Assembly (NCBI RefSeq): GCF_006345805.1
Contig: NC_043000.1
Span: 104,036,001-104,100,000, forward strand
DNA from: Octopus sinensis
Lineage: Eukaryota
Direction: 5' to 3'
Length of the DNA stretch: 64,000 nt
Shown here: positions 28,281 through 39,348 of the stretch, piece by piece
Layout: every line of letters begins with the position of its first letter
How positions within the stretch are numbered: the first letter of the stretch is position 1
Translations under genes and position numbers: made by a program
Notes under the pieces: model-generated
Seen by the model: only the letters and a program-made list of their open reading frames with translations
Database searches by the model: none
What the model was told of the DNA's origin: nothing

Positions 28281-28285
<5 letters not shown>
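27444..28285. mobile_element. Rearranged mariner element: two 5' halves fused in opposite orientation
   Basis: Starts after TA at 27442-27443 with TIR catggtctgatcaataagtacc and ends ...acttattgatcagacctga. The + strand gives MTEKTEQRICIKFCQKLGNTCSEAYTK (27638-27718). The minus strand gives MTKKI..GNICSGAYAKLQKGYGEECMSCTQVYEWFRRF..RPTTSRTD..ADQKDTRVSVAQDFLDCVEN, a mariner N-terminal HTH region. No catalytic domain is present. Confidence 0.85.
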
Positions 28286-28330
<45 letters not shown>

Positions 28331-28535
28331 GAGTGAGAGAGAGAGACCAATAAGAAGATGGAGGTGATCAATAGGTGGTTCATCAACTTTTAGACATTTT
28401 ATTGTGTCAACTTATTTATTTACTAAAATGACAATTACAAGAATATACATACATGTATAACATGTTATGCTTTACATATATAAATATATTGATACCAGTA
28501 ATTATTAAACTATAACATACAGAAATATAAATTGG

Positions 28536-28568
<33 letters not shown>

Positions 28569-28573
<5 letters not shown>

Positions 28574-29236
28574 AAATAGAGAGTTGGTAAAGATTTAAAT
28601 TAATTTATTAAAATAGTTCCAAGGAAAAAACTGACTACAAATAAATTTTTTAAAAACCTATGTACGTTTCGATTCCAGCTTATAGATAAATACATAATTT
28701 CAAGAGTTGGATTAAATCCAATGATGAGAATTAATTATCATTTTGAAAAATGTAGGGTAGAATCTCTTCAGGGTTTTTTTGGTTCTTTTAAAAGAAATGA
28801 AGGTTACAAACTTATGAAAGGGATTAAGTTAATATACTAGGGAAGGAAGGAAATATCTTATATATAGAGTGTATGAATATGCTAAGAATATCATTCAAAT
28901 AAACAAAAAATATAAATGTATAAAAATAAGCATAAAGGTAAAAATAATTAAAAATATAAAAAATAATACAATAAAAAAGTATTGCCAGATAGAAATAAAG
29001 ATGTATTATAATCGCAAAAATAAAATAAAAGCATAGTAATAAATATGTAATAGAAATAAATAAAAATAAAACCATTATCTGTTTAAATTACAATTGGTTT
29101 ACATAGTCGATATAAACTCTTGACCAAAGTGTCAGTAGCCATAAAATCCTATTGTATCAAATTTATTTATTCCTGTATATTAGTGTATAGTCAAATTTGA
29201 ATTGTATAGCCATTCAGAAATGCATCATTTCCTTTT
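28569..29236 (-). mobile_element. Probable Penelope-like element terminal fragment between (TA)n arrays
   Basis: On the minus strand a hammerhead motif is followed by AATAAA and then runs into (TA)n at 28538-28568. This is the same layout as the PLE ends at 50.9 kb and 52.8 kb. No coding remnant was recognised. Confidence 0.55.
28652..28778 (-). ncRNA. Type I hammerhead ribozyme motif with long loop II
   Basis: Minus strand: aaaaacc CUGAAGA gauucua-[~80 nt]-uggaauc GAAA cguac AUA gguuuuu. Stem I 7 bp, stem II 7 bp with one G-U, core intact. Position 16.2 is A instead of G, consistent with CpG decay of ACGUACGU. Confidence 0.65.
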
Positions 29237-29298
29237 TATATATATATACTCATAAACTATTATCGTATGTATGTGTGTTTATTTATATTATGGCTATA

Positions 29299-30360
29299 CA
29301 GGGGTTGGACAAAATAATGGAAACACCTCGCATCATAGCATCATAATTTTGAAATATCTATAAAACCATCAAAAGCTTCTTTATTTTTATGTTTTTTTGA
29401 TTTATTATTAATGTTGCTTAATATGTTTTGCTAAAATTGCTTTTCTTTCCGGATATCATCAGAAAAAGGTAATTAAAATTCATTAAAATGACAGATCTAT
29501 CAGACTTTCAAAGAGGTCAAATTGTTGGTTACTGCAGAGCTTAATGACCACCTCAAGAACCCAGTTTCCACAAAAATTGTTTGCCAAGTGCTGCACAAAG
29601 CCAGATTTCAGAGGCGGGCTGCAATCAGAAAACCACTACTTTCAAAAACAAACGCTGCAAAGTGTTTAGAGTTGAGTAAAAACCTACAGAATTTGCCCCT
29701 AGAGCAGTTGAAGAATGCTATTTTCTCAGATGAGTCATCCTTTACCTTATTTTTGACCACCGGCCAAGTATACATGTGGAGACAGCCAAAAGAAGCATTT
29801 GACCCAGATTGCCTTCTTCCAACTATTAAACATGAAGGAGGATCTGTGATGATCTGGAGGGGCTATATCTTGGAAATCTGCTGGCCCAATAGTTTCCCTT
29901 CATAGCAGAATTAATAGTCAAGACTATTTAAGCATTTTATATGATCAAATTCATCCTATGGTTGTGGAACTGTTTCTGGAGAGAAACACAATCTTTCAGG
30001 ATGATAATGCACCAATTCACACAGCTAAAGTTGTTATTGAATGGCACAAAGAACATTCTACTGAAGTTGAACATCTTATGTGGCTACCACAGTCCCCAGA
30101 TCCCAATATTATCAAACATTTATGGTGCATTTTATAAAAACAAGTAAGGAGTCGAAATCTTCCACCATCATCACTACAGTAACTGGAGACTGTTTTAGCT
30201 GAAGAATAGACAAAAATTGCTTTGGAAACAATTCAGACTTTGTACAAGTCCATACTTCTTAGAATTCAAGTTGTAATTACTGCCAAAGGTGGTCCTACCC
30301 CATATTAAAATAAATTTGTTTGAAATTTTAGGATGCTTCCATTATTTTGTTCAACCCTTG
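29299..30360 (+). mobile_element. Tc1-superfamily DNA transposon, defective, with DD36E spacing (Incomer-like)
   Basis: TA TSDs at 29297-29298 and 30361-30362. TIRs CAGGGGTTGGACAAAATAATGGAAACACC and ggatgcttccattattttgttcaacccttg. Transposase remnant 29488-30308: MTDLSDFQRGQIVG (then deletion) ...FSDES...FQDDNAPIH...WLPQSPDPNIIKHLW...GGPTPY*. It has frameshifts and stops, and the catalytic E codon has become AAA (30114-30116). Confidence 0.92.
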
Positions 30361-30491
30361 TATGTACATGCATATGAGTGTATTTGCCTTATATAACTTA
30401 GAAAGGTTTCAGTTAATATAGGCCTAGGCCATATCTAACTTAATAGCGACACCTGTTGAAAATATACTTATACATGTGTGAAAATATACCT

Positions 30492-30542
<51 letters not shown>

Positions 30543-31727
30543 CATTCTATAAATTAACTTGAATGAGTTGTGGATTAAACCAGTGAAATTTTGGATATGT
30601 TAATCCTTTACAATCAGTCAAGAGTTGTCCGTTAAAATTCTGTTCTGTTTCTCCTTTGTCTCTGTTCTATAAATCTGAAGTGTAATCTTATATTCCAGTG
30701 AAGTATTTCAAATTAATAATTAGAGTAATTGATCTTAAATTACTGTTATTTAAATCTTTGAAATATCCTGTGATCAGAGACAACTGCTGTTCAGATATAA
30801 CATTTCAGTGTTTCAGAAATGTAGTTTAATAAGGGAACATCTAAAACATCATAAATCAAACTCTCATCATCAATTTTTACCAGTTGCCTTGCTTCCCATC
30901 ATTTTGATTTTTGACATTTACAAATATAGGTATTTATGAAAAAAAAAATTAGCTCATTGATTTTCTTAATATTGTGACTGATAATAATGTTGCTGTCACC
31001 TTTTTCAATTATGTCTGACTGTACCTTTCATATTATTCTCTCTTTTATAAAAGGTTATTTTAAACAGATTGATATCAAGAATTGATTAAAGGTCATTTGA
31101 AACTATTTAAGTAGCTAGAATAATTATCTGTAAAAACATTCTCTAAGACAAATTATTGATGGCTCTTTGATGTGGGTCCCATGATATATAAATTATTTAG
31201 GTTATGAAAAAAATGAATAACTTCTCAACTATTGATGCATGCATGGCTGTGTAGTTAACATGCTGTTTTGGGTTCAAACTCACTGTGTTGGAGCTTACCT
31301 TCTGTGTGGAATTTTGTTGTGCAGAAAACCACTAAACTGATGCTTTGAAATGAAAATATGTGTTCTACTTAAGTTTCATAGATACTTCCTTTTCATGGCA
31401 TTTGGAAAATTGTAAACAACAATGCTGTTTGTTCACAAAGTAAATACTTTGTAACAGGTATAGGACTTTACCAAAGAACTTTACTTTTAAATGGAAGTCA
31501 TTGAATTATTTTTAATATTATTTGACATAACCATGCAGTGAATAAATAATATTTCATTGTTTTGTTGTAAATAGACTAAACAAAGTTGTCTATGTAAAAC
31601 ATTTATCATAAGCATGATGTTTTAGCAGTTAGCCATAAGGTAGTGATGTAACAGATTATCACTGATTCACAAAATGCCTAATTAACCTTGATTCTCTTAA
31701 TGTGTGATCTGAACCTGGGAAATAGAC

Positions 31728-31925
31728 TGTGTTGTTGTTTAGCTCCAGGTCATTCCTATATTCCAAAATGTTCAATTCACGACCAATGAGTCATCTTTTT
31801 AAACTTTAGAACTACTTTATCCAAAGTATCTATCTTTTTCTAAGATGGTAGTGTGTGATTTGAGGGGCTTTTGGTCGTTATTTCTAGCAGCTTGAGTAAT
31901 CATGTAGCGGCTTCCTCATTAGCTT
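31728..31925 (+). mobile_element. Unclassified abundant interspersed repeat (family D), representative copy
   Basis: gttgttgtttagctccaggtc...aagatggtagtgtgtgatttgaggg..atttctagcag. Related fragments at about 1180-1360, 5300-5560, 19880-20080, 23930-24140, 35330-35465, 38960-39170, 42740-42950, 46290-46460 and 54290-54650, in both orientations. Confidence 0.65.
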
Positions 31926-32820
31926 GATAGATTAAGCTGAGATGAGCTAGGTATTTAAGTATTATATATTGAATGATATCATGACAGAGGTGGCTATTGT
32001 ATTTTGAACCTGTGTTGAAAATGTGACAGTTATTACAATACCAATATAAAACTTGACTCATTCCATCAGTAGGTTAGATAAACCCTTTACAAGCATTAAT
32101 ACAGTCTCAGGGTTGTTTTTCTTTTTCAATGAGAATCTATTCTCAGCAGGACTACTTCAAGCGTAGTCACTTAATGTACTTTATTATACTAACACCATTT
32201 TCAAAATTATCTCACACAGAACTTCTTAGCAATTTTTTTTTATCTCTGATGATGGTTACTAAAATAGAAAATTAAAATAAAGCTTTATTTATCTACTATT
32301 TGAACTAAAGTGGAAACATAAATAAATAAATGCTTAAAGTATTAATAATATAGATATCATTTTAGTATTTCATAACTAAGTCAAACATGGCTGAATTGAA
32401 GCCAAAATCAGGACTTTTAACTAAAAAATAATACAAATCTGAACATAACAACAAAATTTGAAATAAAACAAATCTATTCATTTGGGAACTGAATTTCAAT
32501 TATGAAGTGCTTTTTCAATATGTCAGTATGCCAACCTTAGACAGAAATATTTATTTCTAATGTCAATAGTTGGCCTGGTGCCATTGTGCATGAAGATTGC
32601 ATTCTACAAACAATTTTCTCTTTGTTCTAAAATCATTGTTTTCCACTAACATAAATGCTGTTACTTAGAGGTAGTATATTCAAACTAAGGATATCATTTT
32701 TCCTTAACCAGTATATGTTGAATAGGTCTATAAATTCATATATTTTTATTATGAATTGTTAGCATGGTAGGTTTACAATTTAATTGCTCAATAAATGTAG
32801 GAGGAGTGCCTTTTATGGTA

Positions 32821-33157
32821 AAAGACCCCCTTCGGTCATGAATGACCATGGGATTGCACCTAGAAAGTTACCCTCCTAGACACAAGTCCGGGCAAGGTTG
32901 TTTATGGAAGACCAGCAGTCGCCCATGCATACCAGCCTCCCCTCTCCACACCACCAGTGTTATCCAAGGGAAAGACAAAGGTCAATACAGCTTGGCACCA
33001 GTGACGTCGCAACTCATTTCTACAGCTGAGTGAACTGGAGCAACGTGAAATAAAGTGCCTTGCTCAAGAACACAATACGCAGCCCGGTCCGGGATTCGAG
33101 CTCACAACCTCACGATCGTAAGCTCGATGCTCTAACCACTGAGCCATGCGCCTTCAC
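32821..33157 (-). mobile_element. Young full-length tRNA-derived SINE (third family) with 11 bp TSD
   Basis: Minus strand head GTGAAGGCGCATGGCTCAGTGGTTAGAGC...GAGCTCGAATCCC with A box and near-canonical B box; many CpGs retained. TSD cttttatggta at 32810-32820 and 33158-33168. Confidence 0.88.
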
Positions 33158-33214
33158 CTTTTATGGTATGCGCCTTTTATGGTATACACAATATAAAGTG
33201 TTGTATGCATACAT

Positions 33215-33810
33215 GAATGACTGATGTATCTGGACATATCTTCAGTGATGTGCCTGGTATCATTGGGTCTTTCGGGTCTTTCAACATCATACACCCTCCT
33301 CCAGGTGACCCAGCTGGGGCTGATCAGACCCCAGCTTGTGTCCAGATGACCAACTAGCTACCCCATAGCTCTCCTCTTTTGATCCACAGCCATCGTGAGG
33401 CTCTCTCTGCTGCATCAGTGGTACTGCGGATGGCCTTCCTCCTCACTCCCTCGATGTCCAAACTCTTGAAGGGAACAGGCTGTGAAACCCCTGCATCCAA
33501 CCTCCAGTGGGAGATTCCGTGCTCTCCAACCAAACCCGTGTACTTGAAGAGCTTTCTCTCAAAAGCTTCTTCCAGGCGATCTTCCCATGGGACAGTCAGC
33601 TCCAGCAGCACCACTTGCTTGGTGGACTCAGACACGAGGACAGTGTCTGGTCGCAGGGTGGTGACCACAATGTGGCCAGGGAACTTCAGCTGATGCTCAA
33701 GATCCACCAATAGCTGCCTGTCTCTTGCAGATGTTAGGATGCCCACCAATGTTTTTCTGGCTGGGGTTAGCTGTTTCCCAGCTCTGACAAAAGACGATGG
33801 TTTTCTTGGA
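33215..33810 (-). mobile_element. HERO-like non-LTR retrotransposon 3' end (restriction-like endonuclease domain plus 3' UTR)
   Basis: FVRAG..GILTSARDRQLLVDLEHQLKFP..TTLRPDTVLVSESTKQVVLLELTVPWEDRLEEAFERK..KY; in a shifted frame ARNLPLEVGCRGF; then AIRSTTDAAERASRWLWIKRGELW*. This is the RPD..ELTVP.E..K PD-(D/E)xK REL motif. The 3' UTR has the hairpin agctgggg/ccccagct (33312-33336). It is visibly more GC-rich than its flanks. Confidence 0.8.
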
Positions 33811-34286
33811 GAGTAATATCTTGCATTAATCTTGTCTAATTTAATAAGTGATATAAACATGTTCAAAAGTCTTGAGAAATATGTCAGCCAAGAACTGCAG
33901 AATACATACTTACAAGGATTCCTTTTTGTTGTACAACTGTATTCCTATAATGGCAGTCAAAAACTAGTTGTTGTAAATTGTTGCTAGATGCATCTGTCAT
34001 GGCAATTGGTCATGGTAGCCCACTGGACAGTCAGTCATGAAGATCTTATAATAACTGGAACAAGATGAGATTGTGTTATCAGTGGTGTAAATGTGGTTAT
34101 GTAATTAATATGTTCTCTTTTCAGTTTTGTTGTTCTGGATTCAATTTCACTCTCAGTATCCTGGCAAGTGTCTTCTACCATAGCTTTGAGCTAACCAATG
34201 AATAAATCACAGATATACTAGAATATGATGATCACAATTGATATGTCTTTGATCATAGGTCTACTTGATCAGGGCTAAATTCCAAC

Positions 34287-34672
34287 CAGTAGTGTAACTA
34301 GGTGGGAGCAAGGGGGGCACATGCCCCAGGTGCTGATTCAAGGGTAGTGCCTCATCAAAAGCAAGAAAGATGAGACTTTAAACAATTGTATTTTTTTTAT
34401 TACATCTCATTTCACACATTAGGTTTTTTAATGATTCAATCAGGGAAGCTGGTGCATTAAATGATTAAAATAAGGTTTCGTATTTTGAATTACAAGCTGT
34501 ACTGAACTGGCAGATAAATGAACCCTGGTAAAGTATTTATTCTTAAAATATTGCTTTAAAACATTAATTACTTGTAACAAATAAGTACTATATAATATTG
34601 TGGATTTTGTAATGGGAGGGAGTGCATTTTTGCAGCTTCTCCTAGGCACGGTTTACCCTAGCTGTGCCACTG
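34287..34672. mobile_element. hAT (Tip100-like) MITE
   Basis: TIRs cagtagtgtaactagg and cctagctgtgccactg (consensus like CAGTGGCGTAGCTAG). Exact 8 bp TSD attccaac at 34279-34286 and 34673-34680. Confidence 0.85.
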
Positions 34673-36374
34673 ATTCCAACAGCAACATAATCCAGTTTAG
34701 TGTTTTATCTCTGTAATGTACCTCTTTATTATTTATCAATATATCACATAGGTGTTTGCTTCCCAACTACATAGTTTCAGGTTTAATCCCACTGCATGTT
34801 ACCTTGGGCAAGTACCTTTTATAATCCTGGACTGGCTAAAGGCTTATGAGTGTAAACATATCTTATCATGGGGAAATATTTACCTTACTTGAAAACAGAT
34901 GAGGGTTGGCAATAGGAAGGGCATCCAGCTGTAGAAAACTGAACCTCAACAAATTCCATCTCACCTATGTGAGCATGGAAAATTGAACCATACCACATAA
35001 CCTATTACAGATATTCTTAAGTCATATAGCAGATACCCATCATTCTCAAGTCCTGTTTGAATTTTTGTTTCATTGACTGATGATTTTCTTAGTTGTGAAT
35101 GAAGCTGGTTTCAAAATCTCTGTTGCTTTCTGTTTGAAATTTCATCAATCATAGACAAGGAATTTGATCTAGGGTTTGTTGATTGGTTAATTTGGATTCT
35201 GTGGATCAGTGTTGAAGACTGTTGTGATACAATAATCATCAAAGTTTACATCCCTCACTCCTTCAGAATTCTCTTGTATTATTAGCCAAGCAAGGATACC
35301 TTGACTTGCTGGAAGTAGCAGTTAAATTTCCTTCATATCACACCCTATTTTTTCATATATAACACAACTCATTAGATAATATAATCATACATATCCTTAA
35401 AATGACAGGATGCCCACTGCTAGAATGCTTTTAACATAATCAAGGTTGACCTGGGGTTAAACAAAAACTCTAGTTTTTAGGGTGGGTGGATCTGCTTTTG
35501 CTTTTCTTTTTCTTTCTTATTTTTTACATATTTATTTATTTACTTGATGAATTAAGATTGCTTTTTTTTTCATGTTAGATGGAAGTGGTGCAATATGTTT
35601 TATGTGCATTATCATTTGTTGTGGTTGGTTGTTAACTGCAATAACTGTTCTGTCTGCAATAGACATACACACATTCTCTCTCTCTCTTTCACACACACTC
35701 TCACATGCACATAGACACATGCAGGCACTATTTATGTGTTATTGCTTAACCTTGAAACCACCCAAGCAGTAAATTTCATCCTCTTGTAAATTATGCTATA
35801 ATTAAAAAACAAATTAAATTTTTTGAATAAAACAAAGAAATATATAGCCATCAAATCCTTTTTCTCCTCCCTTAACTATTTATTTATTTCCATATCCCCT
35901 CCCACTTAATGTTACTCCCTACGGTAGCTTTTAACACTTTCTCTAACATCTGTAACAGATTGAAAGAAATGGAAACTATAAAAAAAAAAACATTACAGCC
36001 ACCAGGACAAACATCTCACAGACACACCTCTAGACAATTGAAATGTCATCTGTTGTTCTGCTGCAGCATAGTGGTTCAGACAGTCAAAAAGGTTGTGTGA
36101 GGGTAATATGAATGTGTGTTGTTGTTTTCTTTCTTGAACATAAATTTATTTTTAAACACTTAACTTTAAATATTTTTGTTTTTATGGCTTCTCCTCTTTG
36201 TGTTATATATTTCTTGAGTTTTTTCCTTTGGTGTTTGGAAATTTATATCTGTCGAGAATGTTTGTTTTTGTTTATCTAATCCTCAAAATGATAATGCTTA
36301 TGCAAAAAGATTGGCCTAATTGCTTTGTGGTAAGTAGCAAATGATAAAACTCATAATCTTTGATGAATGCTCTC

Positions 36375-36676
36375 ACAGGGCACGTAAAAAGCACCATCCG
36401 AACATGGCCAATGCCAGCGCCACCTTGACTGGCTTCCATGCCGGTGGCACGTAAAAAGCACCAATCCGATTGTGGCCGTTGCCAGCCTCGCCTGGCACAT
36501 AAAAAGCACCCACTACACTCATGGAGTGATTGGCATTAGGGAGGGCATCCAGCTGTAGAAACACTGCCAGATCAGACTGGAGCCTGGTGCAGCCTTCTGG
36601 CTTCCCAGATCCCCGGTCGAACCATCCAACCCATGTTAGCATGGAGAACGGACGTTAAATGATGATGATGATGATG
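36375..36676 (+). mobile_element. RTE-type LINE 3' end fragment
   Basis: ggcacgtaaaaagcacc repeats, gcatccagctgtagaaacactgccagatc, ccatgttagcatgg and a (gat)n tail. Confidence 0.85.
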
Positions 36677-37427
36677 TACAATATTACCCAAACTGCATCA
36701 CAAAAAAAAGAAAGAATTACCCTGACGGTCCTCATCATGAACAGAAAAACTTGAGCTCTGATCACTTACTGATCTTCTACAAGGATCAAGTGTGACCAAT
36801 CCACTTTAGAGTACCCTTCACATACTGAGATAGTGATGCTGCTACATTCACAAACATGCTAAAATACATTCAAAAGAAGCCATTCAGCTTATTGACAAAG
36901 ATTCACTTGCCAATGCTCTACGACCATTTGCTGATAGCAGTGGTTATACCATGTTTTTCTTTTCTTTGCACCTTGTATCACTACTGCAATGGTTTCTGCT
37001 CTTATGAACTAACTGGCTGTCTACTACTCCAGGCCCACTTAATACATTTGTTTCTTCTCCTCTCATCACCCCACCCATTAAACTTTATATTTGACAATTT
37101 TACAATCACTCCACACCAGATTATAGCCATTTGAAATTATCTTCTTTGTCCACATTTTATTCTACAGGGATCAAACATCCATAAGGTCAATTTGAACATT
37201 AATCTCGTCTATCTCACCAGTCTGGTTTGGTTTGCAAAGGTTATGGATGCTAGCTTTCCTTCAACTAAATAAAATGTATAAATATCGCAGCTCTAATTTC
37301 ACTGAGTTATGTCATATCTTTTATTATAACTTAGCTCTTATTTGTCCTTTACTTGAATTTGGAATCTCTGATATTAAGCTTAATCTACCTCTTAAAGACA
37401 GTTTTCAATATTCACTGGCTTTAAGAT

Positions 37428-37636
37428 GGTGAGCTGGCAGAATCATTACTAAGCTGGGCAAAATGCTTAATGACATTTTGTCTGTCTACATTATGAATTG
37501 AAATTCCATCAAGATCAACTTTTTCATTCTTTCAAGGTCAATAAAATAAATAACAGTTAATAAAATAAATACCAGTCGATGTAATTGACTAGCCTCTTAC
37601 TCCAAACTTGCTAGCCTTGTACCAAAATTTGAAACC
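37428..37636 (+). mobile_element. Family A SINE, degraded
   Basis: ggtgagctggcagaatcatt...ggcaaaatgctta...ctagccttgtaccaaaatttgaaacc. Confidence 0.75.
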
Positions 37637-39247
37637 AATATTCACTGACTTCAGATAGTTAGGAGAAAATGAAAAAACAGCATTTTCTTTGTGACCTAGT
37701 TTTACATCTAAATTGGAAACACTTCACTCGTATTTTATTTTCTTTGTGCCAAGATATGCGTATTCTATGTCTACATCTTCTCCTTCTCATAAATCTGTGG
37801 GTAAATGTCTAAAAAAAAGTGCTTATCTGAGAATTACTTATCATACATTCTATGTACACAATATCTATTACCATAATTTAATATGTTTATGAATTATCAG
37901 AGATTGGCTGATGAGTCTGCTAAATGAAATAAGGATGTCTTTTTAAAGCCTAAAGCTAGGTATTATAAAGAAACAACTGTAAGTGATTAAATCAAAAGTA
38001 AATTAACTTTGATATATTACTGGTATATACATTTGTTGTTTATGCTGTTTAGTCCAGATTAGTCATGTTCAAGCTGACCTATAATCAACATACTGGCTTT
38101 GACCATTCCATCTTTTTCTGTGTACCAGGAACTATACTGTGTAATGTACCTTCCTTTATTTAAGATGAATAGATAGAATTTGAAGGAAATTCGGTTGCTA
38201 TTTCTGTCAAACAACCATATAGAGTGTACCACATTGGCTTGGCTGGTATATGCTTTATTGACTACAGAGAAATGGAGAACAAATTCAATCTTGTCACAGA
38301 TTGAACTCCACAAACAAAATTCATTAAAACATCTATTGTGGTATGCAGTGTATCAGCTGTTTCTATTGCTTATCAAATGAGAAAATAATATATCCCTTAT
38401 TTTAATGTAGTCTCTAATAATGAAGAGTCTTGTGCCGTGATTTTTCCCATCAAAATATATCCTCTGCTCTGTATTTCATATCATTTTGATACATTGCCCA
38501 AGTAATAATTAAAACCTTTCTCTGACTTAGTTTTATCAGTTCCTGCTTCCACTACTTTAATTGCTTATGTTACTGATTAACTTGAGATTTTGTTTCATAA
38601 CCAAAATCAACAGTTATTCATATTCAACAAAGTCTTTTGTTTTTGTTGTTGTTGTTGTTTCTTATCTATTGAGTTATTGAATAAATAAGGCAAATTAATA
38701 TTTACAACATTTACTTCTACTGATTTTGTTAAAGATATTACTTATAAGTATATACTCTATCATAATTGATACAATATTTGATATTGAAATATCTTTTCTA
38801 AGACAGACTTTAAAATAAATCTATGTTAGTTGATGTCATCCTTTAGACAAGTGTTAGATACCTTTATAATATTAGGTCTCTCTTCACTAAGAGCAAGAAT
38901 ATAACTCGGTTTTCTTTTATTTGTGAGCCCTACATTCTATTGACATTCTAACATGATGCTGTTGTTGATCTTTAGTCTCTGGTGAGTGCTGATCTAGCAG
39001 ACCTATGACCAAAAGCATTCAAATCATTCCATAGCATCCCATCTTTTTCCAGTGTTCAGAGAATTCAAGATCATGTTTTCCAATGTATTCTTTTCTAAGA
39101 TGGTAAGACGTGATTTGAAGGAGATTTGCTCCTATTGCTAGCAGGTCAAGTAATCATATAGATATTTCCCACATCAGTTCACTATGCTTATTTTGGTATG
39201 TATTTATGAAAATATTAACTGTTGAATATGTTTCTCTTCTATTGCAG

Positions 39248-39348
39248 GTTCAAGTACGAACAGTGTTTCAGTGTACATGGCCAGGCTGTTGTAAAACACA
39301 CAGTACATGTGCTGGTATTGAGAAACACGTACGGATAAAACATCTCAG
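39248..39348 (+). CDS. ZNF704: Internal coding exon C with the single C2H2 zinc finger of the ZNF704-like gene
   Basis: Acceptor cttctattgcag|G at 39247/39248, donor CAG|gttagt at 39348/39349. Phase 0 entry matches exon B. Encodes VQVRTVFQCTWPGCCKTHSTCAGIEKHVRIKHL (C-x4-C-x12-H-x4-H, with the family-typical C.WP.C). The intron from exon B is 25,362 bp. No convincing next (phase 2) exon was found before 64000. Confidence 0.88.

Noticed and set aside
37905-37935. CTGATGA...GAAA on the + strand; also ttgaaga...ccgaaa at 17580-17620
   Set aside because: No stem II, III or I pairing around the core; chance matches.
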